A stretch of DNA of 64,000 bases. It comes from Gemmatimonadales bacterium. GTDB lineage: Bacteria; Gemmatimonadota; Gemmatimonadetes; Gemmatimonadales; GWC2-71-9. The notes beneath the pieces are model-generated. The model saw only the letters and a list, made by a program, of their open reading frames with translations. It searched no databases and had not been told where the DNA came from. Position numbers and translations under genes: made by a program. The first letter of the stretch is position 1. Each line of letters starts with the position of its first letter. Location: assembly GCA_965249575.1 (NCBI GenBank), contig OZ252244.1, positions 2,432,001 through 2,496,000 on the forward strand, given 5' to 3'. This document shows, one piece after another, positions 40,643-50,263 of the stretch.

Positions 40643-41134
40643 CTACCGCTCCGATTCCCAGGGAAGCACTGTGCTCGAGTGGGCGTGCCGGATTTTCCAA
40701 TCGCCGCCTACCGGTACAAGGATAAATGTCGCGCGGCCCGTTTCCACGCTCCGATTCTCGCCTGACATCCACTGATATCGCGCCGAAACCCACGCCAAGC
40801 CCGGCGTGATCTCAACCAGCGTCTCCAGCAGGCGGACATTGCCGCCGGTGGCCATGCCAGCCAGGCGCGGGGGGGTGCGCCGTATGCGGCCGTTGGAGAC
40901 GATGATGGTCTCGGCCAGGTACAGGCTGTCGGAGCCTGACCCGGCCGCTTCCGCCTCGAGAGCCGCTAGCACGATTCGGCGCACTCGAACATCATCGAAT
41001 GCCATTGCGCCGGTGTTCAAGCTGCCGCCCCGGCTGCCGGCACAGCTGGCGGAGAGAACGACAGCGAGCATCAGGCGGGCTCGCGCGGTGCGGGGCGGTG
41101 GGGCGCTTGCCGGCTGCTGCCGGTCTCCCGTCAC
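40643..41134 (-). CDS. NTF2/SnoaL-like domain protein, possible lipoprotein
   Basis: LMLAVVLSASC lipobox-like; C-terminal GRATFILV...WKIRHAHSS; GTGA-coupled to the upstream gene. Confidence 0.65.
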   Translation of the reverse strand: MTGDRQQPASAPPPRTARARLMLAVVLSASCAGSRGGSLNTGAMAFDDVRVRRIVLAALEAEAAGSGSDSLYLAETIIVSNGRIRRTPPRLAGMATGGNVRLLETLVEITPGLAWVSARYQWMSGENRSVETGRATFILVPVGGDWKIRHAHSSTVLPWESER

Positions 41135-41946
41135 GAGGTCTCGGGGACTTCCGGGCCGGCGGTCTCGATGCCCGTCAGGCGAAGGGTGATCGTCCCGAAC
41201 GGGAATGTCGATTTCATCTGCACGATCAGTCGGCGCTCGTCGTCGCTGATCCACAGCCGGGCGTTGGCCGCCTCTGCGAAGATGCCGCGCCCTTTGATAA
41301 TCGGCCGCACGATGATTGCCGGGAACCGCCCGGCGGGTACGTCGATCGTATCACGCTCCACTACCTCGAGTACGACCGGGTTTCGGTCCGGCCGGAAGTA
41401 ACGGTTGAACTCATACCGGCGCCCAGGGTCCATGGGAAGCGTCCGGACGAAATAAAAGAAGGCCGCGTCGTCGAGCGGCTCGGGCGAGGTCGCCATCGCG
41501 GTGTCAACGCCCGCCTGCCGGTAAGTACCGGAGTCGGGGAAGATGTCGTATTCCGCGTAGCGCCTCTTTCCGCCCTCATCGAAGTCTTGATGGAAGCGCC
41601 GCGATGCGAAGTCGTCGACCCCGACCCACGAATCCATTCGGTCGTTGAGTCGGTAGAAGAACGTGCCGCCGGTCAGCTGAAACTGAAAGTGAAAGACGGC
41701 CTCGTCCCGGAGCGTGTCCTTGCCGAGGGCGCGCATCTGTGCGTTCCCGACGGTGATGAAACCGTATTTCGCATCGAACGAGAGGACCTCCCCCGCCTCG
41801 AACCGATCGGTCAATTCCGCGGCGGGGGGCAGCGTCGACTCCACCGTCTGCGCCCCCAGCCGGCCGGCGGTGGCGAGGCCCAGCAACGTGCAGAGGCCGG
41901 CGTACGACAGCGGGCGGTACGGGGTGCGGTGTGGGGCCGAGGCCAT
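41131..41946 (-). CDS. DUF3108 domain exported protein
   Basis: Signal peptide; FEAGEVLSFDAKYG, LDDAAFFYFVR, IDVPAGRF, LWISDDERRLIVQM. Confidence 0.8.
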   Translation of the reverse strand: MASAPHRTPYRPLSYAGLCTLLGLATAGRLGAQTVESTLPPAAELTDRFEAGEVLSFDAKYGFITVGNAQMRALGKDTLRDEAVFHFQFQLTGGTFFYRLNDRMDSWVGVDDFASRRFHQDFDEGGKRRYAEYDIFPDSGTYRQAGVDTAMATSPEPLDDAAFFYFVRTLPMDPGRRYEFNRYFRPDRNPVVLEVVERDTIDVPAGRFPAIIVRPIIKGRGIFAEAANARLWISDDERRLIVQMKSTFPFGTITLRLTGIETAGPEVPETS

Positions 41947-42714
41947 CTAGACCGCCCTCCGTATCGACGCCGACGGGGGAGGAATCCGAAGCCGGCGTCC
42001 CGCTCGAAACAGGCTCCAGGCGAGGGACATCGCCTCCCGGCGGCTGGTCGCCGCGGGGCGACGCCGGACTGGTGCCACCGGCAGTACCGCAATTTGGCGC
42101 GCGGCGACTGCGGCCCGCGCAACGAGCTCCGCACTCGCGCACAGTCCGTCGGTCTCTAATACCGCGTCCGGGCGCTCACTGTCCGGGCGCTCACTGAGCG
42201 CCTGTTTGAGCGTCACCAAACGGAAGGCCGCCACCCCGGATGTGAAATCCCGGAGGCCGGGCACGCGCAGGCCGGGGCGCAAGAGGAGCGGCGCCGATCG
42301 GCGCACGGCGTGCATTGCCAGTGATGGAGAGCCATCGAGCGACTCTCCGACGACGAGATCCGCTCCCGATTCGATCGACCGCACGAGCGCGGGCAGGACC
42401 TCCGGCGAAATGCCGAAGTCGGCGGGCAGCGTGATGGCCGCGTCCCGCTTTGGCCGGTCGCTCAGGCGGACCGCCTCCCGGAGGAGTGCCTCGACAGTCG
42501 CCCCGTACCCACGACGGCGCTCGCTGCGAATGAGGGTGATCGGCAACGTCTGCTGATAGGGTTTCAGCACGTCGCTCGTAGCGTCGGTCGAGGCATCGTC
42601 AGCCACGAGCAACTGGTATTCGCGGGGGAAGGTCTCGAACACTTGGCGTACCTTCCAGAGAACGAGTCCGACGGTTGGTGCAGCGTTTTCCGACGGCACG
42701 CAGACGTAAATCAT
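41947..42714 (-). CDS. Glycosyltransferase family 2 (divergent)
   Basis: MIYVCVP, VADDASTDAT, RRGYG, GADLVVG, DFTSG; DxD position reads PAD. Confidence 0.78.
   Translation of the reverse strand: MIYVCVPSENAAPTVGLVLWKVRQVFETFPREYQLLVADDASTDATSDVLKPYQQTLPITLIRSERRRGYGATVEALLREAVRLSDRPKRDAAITLPADFGISPEVLPALVRSIESGADLVVGESLDGSPSLAMHAVRRSAPLLLRPGLRVPGLRDFTSGVAAFRLVTLKQALSERPDSERPDAVLETDGLCASAELVARAAVAARQIAVLPVAPVRRRPAATSRREAMSLAWSLFRAGRRLRIPPPSASIRRAV
42166..42195 (+). repeat. 15-bp in-frame tandem duplication
   Basis: gtccgggcgctcact x2 (SERPD SERPD). Confidence 0.85.
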
Positions 42715-42736
42715 GCTAGGCTTGCTCCAATCGTGT

Positions 42737-43792
42737 TCAGCACCTTGCCCTCGCGTAACATCGCAGGGTTCGCTCGACCATTCGCCCCACCCCATAGCGC
42801 CCGGCAATCAAGGGCCCCTCTCTTCGTACCGACTGACGGCCTTCAGGGTCCGCGAGCCAGCGCGAGACCGCGGCCGCGACACCTGCAGGGTCGCTGGGGG
42901 GAACCAAGCTACCGACGCTGGGAGTTACGATCTCCGGAATGCCCCCAACACGGCTAGCCACCACGGGGATTCCCCGCTGCATCGCGTGCAGTATCGCCGT
43001 GCCCAACCCTTCGTGCGTGGGAGTATGCACGAGGACGGCCGCGCCTCTCAGCGCCGCGTCCACATCCGGCAGGAAACCGGCGAAAGTCACCGGGGCCCGG
43101 TGCTCCGTGGCCAGCGCCTCGAGTCGTGCGCGCTGCGGTCCTTCCCCTGCTACGACCCATCGCCCCGGCATGCCATCCCGGCGTGCGATTGCGGCGGCGC
43201 GCACGATCGTTTCGACCCCCTTTTCAGGTGTTAGGGCGCACAGGCACAGAACAACGGCCCCGCCGCCGGCAGGCTCGAGTGCGCCACGCTCCCGAGCGTC
43301 GCGTCCGGCCGCCACGGGCGGGAGGGCACTCGGGATCAAGTCGATACGCTCCCGAGAAACCCCGGCGCGCCGGAGCGCGCGGCCGACCGCCTTCGAAATC
43401 GCGATGTAGCGCGCCACGCCACGTCGATACTTCAGGCGTCCCTTGGGGGCGAACGTGACGCGGCGTGTCACGACGAGTCGCGCTTGCATCCCAAGGGCTT
43501 GAGCCAGGCGGGCGACGGCGTGGCCTCGGGCGTCTTGTGCATGAACGATGGACGGCCCGAACGTCCGGCACGCGCGGCGAAGCGACTGCGCGGCGACGAT
43601 GTCGAGGTCGAATCTGGGCCTGAACCGGTCCGCGGAGGGGGAGAGGAATCCTGTCCTCCTCGCGAGCACTGATCCCGCTGGTGCGAGCACTTGAACGTCG
43701 TGCCCGCGCTCCGCGAGGGCCGCGGCCAGCAGCTCAACTTGTTGCTGTCCGCCCCGCCACGTCCGCCCACTGTCCACGAGAAGCGTGCGCAT
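42737..43792 (-). CDS. Glycosyltransferase family 4
   Basis: WRGGQQQ, TRRV, EKG, HEGLGTAILHAM, VVASRVGGIPEIV. Confidence 0.9.
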   Translation of the reverse strand: MRTLLVDSGRTWRGGQQQVELLAAALAERGHDVQVLAPAGSVLARRTGFLSPSADRFRPRFDLDIVAAQSLRRACRTFGPSIVHAQDARGHAVARLAQALGMQARLVVTRRVTFAPKGRLKYRRGVARYIAISKAVGRALRRAGVSRERIDLIPSALPPVAAGRDARERGALEPAGGGAVVLCLCALTPEKGVETIVRAAAIARRDGMPGRWVVAGEGPQRARLEALATEHRAPVTFAGFLPDVDAALRGAAVLVHTPTHEGLGTAILHAMQRGIPVVASRVGGIPEIVTPSVGSLVPPSDPAGVAAAVSRWLADPEGRQSVRREGPLIAGRYGVGRMVERTLRCYARARC

Positions 43793-43840
43793 GCGTCGAA
43801 TATAGGGCCGTGTCGGTGGGGAGGACGAAGTGATGGGCGG

Positions 43841-45811
43841 CTACGGCCCGTCGGCCGCGGCCAGCGCTGCTCCGAGCGCAGCTCTCAGCTCGGCCAGGGT
43901 GAAGGGTTTCCGAAGGTACGGCCGTCCCAGGGACTCGAGGAACGTGAGCGTATCCCCCCTCACGGTATCGCCGGTGCTGAACACGACTCGGCTCACCGCC
44001 GCGGGGTTCCGCTCCTTGAGTGTCTCATAGAGCTCCCGGCCCCCCACACCCGGCATGCGGAGATCACTGATCACCACGTCAAACGGCTGTGACTCGATGC
44101 GCTCGAGCGCGGTGGCCCCATCGGCTTCTACGACGACGTCGTGGCCCCACGAATCGAGGGTGGCCCGCATGTAGTGCAGGATATGGGGTTCGTCATCCAC
44201 GACCAGGATCCGGAGCTTTCCGGGTGCGGACAGCTCCGTCCTCTGCGCCGGCTCGATCTGCGCTCCGCCCGGCAGCTCGACTCGGAACGCTGCACCGCCG
44301 GAGGCCCCGCGCGCGAGAGCGATGCGGCCGCCGTGCTCTTTGACGATTCCCTGGCAAATCGACAGCCCGAGTCCGGTCCCCTCACCTTCCGACTTTGTGG
44401 TGAAAAACGGCTCGAAAATACGCTCAGCAAGATCGTCAGGGACACCCGGCCCGTCGTCCTCGATCGTAATGGCCACGCCGTCCAACCACCGCGTCCCGCT
44501 CACTGTAATACGGCCACCGGCCCCGGTCGACTGCATGGCCTGAGCGGCGTTGTTGGTCAGATTGACGAAAACTTGTTGGAGCTGATTCGAGTCGACCGTT
44601 ATCGCGGGCAGGTCCGAATCGACCGATAGCGTCACGTCGACCTTGCAGGCCATGAGCTGGTTACGAAGTAGGAAGAGCGTCGCTTCGAGTATCGGGCCGA
44701 TCGGCTGCGTGCGCCGTTGGCGCTCTTGTTTCCTGGCGAAGGTCAGGAGATTCCGCACGATGCTGGCTGCGCGCTCGGCTTCCTGGCGAATCGCACGTAG
44801 AGGCTCGACGAGCTCGTCAGGCGCATTGTCTTCGCGTTCGACCAGATAGTCCGCAAATCCGACGACGGAAGCCAGTGGATTGTTCAAGTCGTGCGCCACA
44901 CCTGCGATGAGCTGGCCCATTGCCGACATTTTTTCGGACTGGATTAACTGGTCCTGGAGCCTGCGCTTCTCGGTCTGATCCTCGAATACCAGAACGGCCC
45001 CCGCCTCATCCTCATCTCCGATTGTCAGGGCGGACACGAACAGGAGTCGACCCCCCGCCTCGATCTCGAAGGATTCGCCGGCATCGATGGATGCCAGAGC
45101 GTTTGCGACGGCCCCGGCCCAGGCCGTGGGTAGGAGTTCGGCCCATGGGCGTCCGGCAAGAGCCGTCAGCGGGCTGTCGACGAGGCGTCCAAACGCGCGG
45201 TTTGCTCGGCGGATCGTCCCGGTTGAATCGATCACGCAAAACGCTTGACCGATTGCGTCGACCGTCTGTTCCCATTGGCGCTTGCCGGCGGACAGCATCC
45301 AGAGAAGCCGGGCATTTACCAGCGCGATGGCTGCCTGTCCGGCGACGGCTTGGACGATCTGGAGATCCCGCTCCCCGTAGCGAGACGGCGTCCGGGCACT
45401 CAGTGAAACGGCCCCGATGGTTTTTCCGGCCGCCACAATCGGGGCCCCGACCCAGGATCCCGGCGCCTCCTCCAGGCTAAGGCCGAACGATGCAAGCGAT
45501 CGACCGACGTCGGCGGGCACGACGCGCGCTCCTCCTTCCATTACGACGCGGATCAGCGGATCGTCGGGTGATGCGTTGGCACAGTTGAAAGCGTGAGCGA
45601 CGTGTGATTGCTCGCGCGGGTCATCGCCGGTCAGAACGATGAGCAGCGCGTCCGGCTCGAGTAGCTGTAGCAGTGCCTCTGCGACCCGCTCGACCATGAA
45701 GCCGGCGGGATACGCTCCCGCGAGCTCCTGCCCGAGTGAGGCGAGCGCCGAGAGCGGGTCGGACTCGGATTCCCCGGTGGGTGTGCTACCGGGGCCCGGA
45801 GGTTTAGGCAT
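43841..45811 (-). CDS. Cytoplasmic hybrid sensor histidine kinase (GAF-PAS-HisKA-HATPase-REC)
   Basis: QSEKMSAMGQLIAGVAHDLNNPL, QVFVNL, DDGPG, FFTTK, GTGLGL; receiver VVDDE...SDLRMPG...KPF. Confidence 0.93.
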   Translation of the reverse strand: MPKPPGPGSTPTGESESDPLSALASLGQELAGAYPAGFMVERVAEALLQLLEPDALLIVLTGDDPREQSHVAHAFNCANASPDDPLIRVVMEGGARVVPADVGRSLASFGLSLEEAPGSWVGAPIVAAGKTIGAVSLSARTPSRYGERDLQIVQAVAGQAAIALVNARLLWMLSAGKRQWEQTVDAIGQAFCVIDSTGTIRRANRAFGRLVDSPLTALAGRPWAELLPTAWAGAVANALASIDAGESFEIEAGGRLLFVSALTIGDEDEAGAVLVFEDQTEKRRLQDQLIQSEKMSAMGQLIAGVAHDLNNPLASVVGFADYLVEREDNAPDELVEPLRAIRQEAERAASIVRNLLTFARKQERQRRTQPIGPILEATLFLLRNQLMACKVDVTLSVDSDLPAITVDSNQLQQVFVNLTNNAAQAMQSTGAGGRITVSGTRWLDGVAITIEDDGPGVPDDLAERIFEPFFTTKSEGEGTGLGLSICQGIVKEHGGRIALARGASGGAAFRVELPGGAQIEPAQRTELSAPGKLRILVVDDEPHILHYMRATLDSWGHDVVVEADGATALERIESQPFDVVISDLRMPGVGGRELYETLKERNPAAVSRVVFSTGDTVRGDTLTFLESLGRPYLRKPFTLAELRAALGAALAAADGP

Positions 45812-45888
45812 GATCCTCGCCGATGTACGGGGCGACTCTCCGATTCTGACGACTGCGGCGACGGAGCGATCGTCCCTGCTGTGACCCG

Positions 45889-46371
45889 CTAGTGCTCGAC
45901 CGCGGCCAGCTCCGCAAACAAAGGACACCGTACGTCGTTCACCGAGCCCCAGTTGACTCGCGTACCCAGGAGGGGAATCGTCGACTCCGGGCCGGAGATC
46001 GTGCCGATCTGCGGATACCCGCTGGGCAGATCGGTGTCGTAGATCAGAACACCCCGGAACACTTCCGAGGAATCATCGATCAGGACCAGGCCGAACCCCG
46101 GCATTTGGGGGAATCCCTGCCCCTCGTAGCCGAGCACCGCGCCTTCGGGGCCGACCGCCGCAATGGCCCGGGAGGTTCCGTAACCGACTACACGCGCTGG
46201 CACCGGCCCTTCGAGTTCGGGTGGCGGCTCCCGCAATAGCGCGTGCACGTTGCTCATTCCCTGAAGGATGAGGGAAGACGCGGCAATGCTCGTGAATCCG
46301 CAGACGGCGGAATTCTCCGGGTTTCCGCCGCACCCGGCGAGCACGATGGCCGTCACGAGCAGTGGCCGCAT
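45889..46371 (-). CDS. Hypothetical lipoprotein
   Basis: MRPLLVTAIVLAGC lipobox; TAGCTT 6 nt upstream of ATG. Confidence 0.7.
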   Translation of the reverse strand: MRPLLVTAIVLAGCGGNPENSAVCGFTSIAASSLILQGMSNVHALLREPPPELEGPVPARVVGYGTSRAIAAVGPEGAVLGYEGQGFPQMPGFGLVLIDDSSEVFRGVLIYDTDLPSGYPQIGTISGPESTIPLLGTRVNWGSVNDVRCPLFAELAAVEH

Positions 46372-46452
46372 GCGGATAAGCTACCCGTCTGTTCGAACGC
46401 TGCCTAGGGAGATCGGCGCGCGGCTTGCGCGACCGCCCCGGTTCCGGTCAGC

Positions 46453-46481
46453 TTGACCGCCTATTGAGCGGCGCGTATCGT
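46453..46481 (+). promoter_or_regulatory. Putative sigma70 promoter for the fmdB-like operon
   Basis: TTGACC-17 nt-TATCGT, then AGGAG RBS before ATG 46519. Confidence 0.6.
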
Positions 46482-46518
46482 TTTTCGGGACGTTCACCAA
46501 TCGTCTAGGAGTCGTGGC

Positions 46519-46683
46519 ATGCCGACGTATGACTATCGATGTGAAAAATGTGGCCAACGTTTTTCCCAGATCGAGTCAATCTCCGCCCACGGGCGCGCGC
46601 GTTCCAAGTGTCCCAAGTGCAAGTCCGTGAAGGTCGTGCAGGTGTTTACGCCTTTCTACGCCAAGACCGTAAAGAAGAGTTAG
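46519..46683 (+). CDS. FmdB-family zinc-ribbon protein (54 aa, not in ORF track)
   Basis: MPTYDYRCEKCGQRF...CPKCKSVKVVQVFTPFYAKTVKKS; RBS AGGAG. Confidence 0.9.
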   Translation: MPTYDYRCEKCGQRFSQIESISAHGRARSKCPKCKSVKVVQVFTPFYAKTVKKS

Positions 46684-47243
46684 TGTTCGAGCGCCTTCGG
46701 GCGGCCATAAACGCCGCGCTCGAAGCGGCAACCCCTCCGCCGAATCTACGGGACCTCTCCGGTCAGATGCGCGAAGCGGTGATCGAGGTACGAGCCGCGG
46801 TGTCACAAATGCGGGATGGTCTCGAGGAAACGGAACGGCAGGTCGCCGCTGAACGGACGCGGCGCGACGACGCGGAACGCCGGGCGGGGCTCGCCGAAGG
46901 CATTCAGGACGCAGAGACTGCAGCCGTCGCGCGGCGATACACCGCGAAACACGCGGAGCGGTTCACGATGTTGGAGAACAAGTTGATCGCGCAGCGCGCG
47001 GAGCTCGTCCTCACCGAACGTGAGCTCGCCGACATGACGACGCAGCTCAAGACAGTGGAGCGGGGAATCGGTCGGGCGGGCGCTAGCGCCGAAGCGGCAT
47101 GGCAGGACATCACCGCGGCTGGGGGCGTACGCCCGGGACAGGGGCTCGAAGACGAGGTGCTTCGAGAGCAGACCGACCGGGTGGCCCGTGAGGCCGCAGC
47201 CGAAGAGCAGCTGCGGGCGCTGAAGAAAAAAATGGGTAAATAG
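46683..47243 (+). CDS. PspA/IM30-like coiled-coil protein
   Basis: GTG start overlapping the fmdB stop; VFERLRAAINAAL, long coiled coil, ends AEEQLRALKKKMGK. Confidence 0.6.
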   Translation: MFERLRAAINAALEAATPPPNLRDLSGQMREAVIEVRAAVSQMRDGLEETERQVAAERTRRDDAERRAGLAEGIQDAETAAVARRYTAKHAERFTMLENKLIAQRAELVLTERELADMTTQLKTVERGIGRAGASAEAAWQDITAAGGVRPGQGLEDEVLREQTDRVAREAAAEEQLRALKKKMGK

Positions 47244-47256
47244 GGGTGAGGTCACA

Positions 47257-47658
47257 ATGGAAATCAAACCGGACCGAATGGTGTCGCTGGGTTACGGCAA
47301 ATACTGGCGCTCCGACGCCATCGTGGGCCTCATGCCGATCGAGGAGGACCGGGGCCCCGGGCGGCGCACAGAGGTCTACACGGCGACGCTCGAGCACCCC
47401 CTCGTCGCCTCGCGAAGCGAAAACGCCATTCTCCAGGACATGGCGATCGCTAGTGAGGAGGTCTTCCGAATGCACGAGGCGCGGGAAATCGTTAGCGACA
47501 TGGTGGAAGCCCTGGAGGACATCCCCGATGTCATTCGGCGGCTGCTCACCAACGAGGCAGACTTCGACGTGAATCAGTGGTCCCGCCGCTTGCAGTCCGC
47601 GCTCAGAATCGAGGCGGTGGAGCCGTCGCCCGACCAGAACGATCTGTTCGCCCCGTGA
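47257..47658 (+). CDS. Hypothetical protein, N-terminus RemA/DUF370-like
   Basis: MVSLGYGKYWRSDAIVGL...GRRTEVY...PLVASRSENAI; RBS GAGG. Confidence 0.65.
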   Translation: MEIKPDRMVSLGYGKYWRSDAIVGLMPIEEDRGPGRRTEVYTATLEHPLVASRSENAILQDMAIASEEVFRMHEAREIVSDMVEALEDIPDVIRRLLTNEADFDVNQWSRRLQSALRIEAVEPSPDQNDLFAP

Positions 47659-47685
47659 ACTGAATCGTGGATGCGCGCGGGGTCG

Positions 47686-48297
47686 TCATTCCTGCGCGGC
47701 ACCCCGCCACTCGATATCGGCCACCTCGGCCGTCGTCATCCATCGCAACGTGTCCGAGTCGACACTTGCTCCTACCGCGATGATCTCTGGCGGATCGCGC
47801 CCGAATCCACCGCGATAGTCCGTGAACGGGTCGCGTCGCTCGTGCCGCCAGTCGCCGTCGGCTGCGTCAGCGCCGCGCAGCACGACGACGAGCCGCGAAT
47901 CACTCGTCCAGCTGAGAAAGGCCTCGCCCGGTGATTCGGTGTTGCCCCAGCTGTAGAAGATGGCGCGCCCGTCCCGAAAGACGACCATCACTCGAACCGG
48001 GCTGTCATCGGTGTTCTTCTCCCGCAAACTCGCGCCATCGATGGCCGTTGGAGTTCGCCAGCGCCAGACGAGCGCACCGGCGCGATCGGGCTGGAGGGGG
48101 ATCGAAAGCTCATAGGTTGCGAAGCCGACGGCCGCGTCGGCCTCGAGTTTCAACGTCTGCCCGTCAGTAACGGCGAAGACCGGCGCCGGTGCGCCCCGAA
48201 CTGGCTGAAGACGCCATCCCGGCGGTAAGCCGGGTCCGGGCGCCGTGGTGGCGAGGTTGGTGAGTGTCTGAAGCACCATCGCGCCGTGAACGATCAC
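47686..48297 (-). CDS. DUF3047-like protein
   Basis: LVWRWR, EKNTDDSPVRVMVVF, YSWGN, WRHERRDPFTDY, VDSD; GTGA-coupled to the ABC ATPase. Confidence 0.7.
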   Translation of the reverse strand: MIVHGAMVLQTLTNLATTAPGPGLPPGWRLQPVRGAPAPVFAVTDGQTLKLEADAAVGFATYELSIPLQPDRAGALVWRWRTPTAIDGASLREKNTDDSPVRVMVVFRDGRAIFYSWGNTESPGEAFLSWTSDSRLVVVLRGADAADGDWRHERRDPFTDYRGGFGRDPPEIIAVGASVDSDTLRWMTTAEVADIEWRGAAQE

Positions 48298-49277
48298 CCC
48301 GTCTCCTCGGCGTAGTGGCACGCTGCGGCCCGCCCGGGTGCCAGCTCCCGAAGTGGCGGGCTCTCGACCCGGCAGCGTGCATCCTTCCTCGGGTGAGGGC
48401 ACCTCGGGTGGAACGAGCATCCGGACGGCGGACGCATGGGCGACGGTGGATCGCCCGGAAGGATGATGCGCTCGCGCGCCGCCTTGGGGTCGGGTGTGGG
48501 GACGGCCGACAGGAGGGCACGGGTGTAGGGATGGCGCGGATCCGTGTACAGCACCTCGGCGTCCGCCGATTCGACGAGCTTGCCGAGATACATGACGGAG
48601 ACGCGGTCGGCGACATGCCGGACGACGGCCAGATCGTGCGCGATGAAGAGATAGGTGAGCTTGCGGCTGCGCTTGAGCTCTGCCAGGAGATTCAACACCT
48701 GTGCCTGGACCGAGACATCGAGAGCGGACACCGGCTCGTCGAGGACGAGCAGAGTAGGCTCGACCGATAACGCGCGGGCAATCCCTACCCGCTGCCGCTG
48801 ACCGCCCGAGAGCTCGTGAGGATATCGGGCTCCGTACGATGGATCCAACCCGACCTCGCGGAAAAGCTCGACGACACTCTGCTCGGCGGCGCCTCCTTTG
48901 GCAACGCCGTGGACCTCGATGGGCTCCCGGACCGCGGACCCCACGGGCATCCGTGGATTGAGCGACCCGGAGGGGTCTTGAAACACGATCTGCATCTTGC
49001 GGCGAAATGCCCTGAGGGCACGTGCATCCAAGCCGAGGACGTCGTCCCCGTCGACGACCACCCGGCCGCTCGTCGGTTCCAACAGCCGGAGGATACATCT
49101 CGCGAGAGTGGACTTGCCGCTTCCGCTCTCCCCGACGAGCCCAAGCGTCTCACCCCGTTTGATACGCAAGCTGACTCCCTCGACGGCGCGCGTCACGGTA
49201 CGCTCCCCGAACAGCCCACCGCCACGGTGAAAGTGCTTCACGAGGGACTCGACGAGGAGATACGCGTCGTCCGTCAC
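48294..49277 (-). CDS. oppF: Oligopeptide/dipeptide ABC transporter ATP-binding protein (OppF/DppF)
   Basis: GESGSGKS, LSGGQRQR, LDEPVSALD, HPYT, GCSFHPRC. Confidence 0.93.
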   Translation of the reverse strand: MTDDAYLLVESLVKHFHRGGGLFGERTVTRAVEGVSLRIKRGETLGLVGESGSGKSTLARCILRLLEPTSGRVVVDGDDVLGLDARALRAFRRKMQIVFQDPSGSLNPRMPVGSAVREPIEVHGVAKGGAAEQSVVELFREVGLDPSYGARYPHELSGGQRQRVGIARALSVEPTLLVLDEPVSALDVSVQAQVLNLLAELKRSRKLTYLFIAHDLAVVRHVADRVSVMYLGKLVESADAEVLYTDPRHPYTRALLSAVPTPDPKAARERIILPGDPPSPMRPPSGCSFHPRCPHPRKDARCRVESPPLRELAPGRAAACHYAEETG

Positions 49278-50263
49278 GGGGCTCGATGCTCCGGTTCTTC
49301 GATCAACCAGCAGCGGGCCTCGTGCTCGGTCTCGACGGGTAGGGGCATCGGCTCGTGCCGTCGGCAGCGCTCCCAGGCGTGCTGGCACCGGGGATGAAAG
49401 CGGCACCCCGAGGGCCACGCGAACGCGGGGGGAACGACGCCCGGGATGACGGTCAGCGCCGCCGAGACTCGGTCCAAGCGGGGTGCCGCTCCCAACAGCC
49501 CTTCCGTGTACGGATGTGCGGGCGTCGCGAAGAGCCTGTTGGTCGGCGCCTCCTCAACGATGCGGCCCCCGTACATGACCACCACTCGGTCGGCCAGACC
49601 CGCGACGACGCCCAGATCGTGCGTGATGAGGATGATCGCCATCCCAAGCTGTCGCTGGAGGTCCGTCAGGAGGTCGATGATCTGCGCCTGGACGGTTACA
49701 TCGAGGGCCGTGGTGGGTTCGTCGGCGATCAGGACCTTTGGTTTACACGACAGGGCCATGGCAATCATCGCCCGCTGCTGCATCCCCCCGCTCAGCTCGT
49801 GAGGAAACGTTCGGAGACGAATCCCCGGGTCCGGGATCCCGACGAGGCGCAACAGCTCCTCGGCTTCCTGCTCTGCCGCGCGTTTTGAGAGGTCGCGATG
49901 CGCGCGGATTGTCTCGACGATCTGCGTTCCAATGTTGAGAACCGGGTTCAGGCTCGTCGTGGGCTCCTGGAAGATCATCGCGATCTCCCCACCCCGAATC
50001 TCACGCAGCGCCCGGTGGCTCAACTGCGAGATGTCGCGTCCCTGGTACTCGACCTGGCTCCGCGGCTCGATTCTGGCCGGTGGCTCTTGGAGAAGTCGCA
50101 GGATCGACAGTGCCGTGACCGTCTTCCCGCACCCGGACTCGCCAACCAAGCCGAGCGTCTCTCCCTCCGTCACGTCGAACGACACATCGTCGACCGCTCG
50201 GGCCACCCCGTGGTCCGTCGCGAATGTCGTGGTCAGGTGCCGAACGCGCAGGAGGGGCTTCAC
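49274..50263 (-). CDS. oppD: Oligopeptide/dipeptide ABC transporter ATP-binding protein (OppD/DppD)
   Basis: [40 protein letters not shown]. Confidence 0.93.
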   Translation of the reverse strand: MKPLLRVRHLTTTFATDHGVARAVDDVSFDVTEGETLGLVGESGCGKTVTALSILRLLQEPPARIEPRSQVEYQGRDISQLSHRALREIRGGEIAMIFQEPTTSLNPVLNIGTQIVETIRAHRDLSKRAAEQEAEELLRLVGIPDPGIRLRTFPHELSGGMQQRAMIAMALSCKPKVLIADEPTTALDVTVQAQIIDLLTDLQRQLGMAIILITHDLGVVAGLADRVVVMYGGRIVEEAPTNRLFATPAHPYTEGLLGAAPRLDRVSAALTVIPGVVPPAFAWPSGCRFHPRCQHAWERCRRHEPMPLPVETEHEARCWLIEEPEHRAP

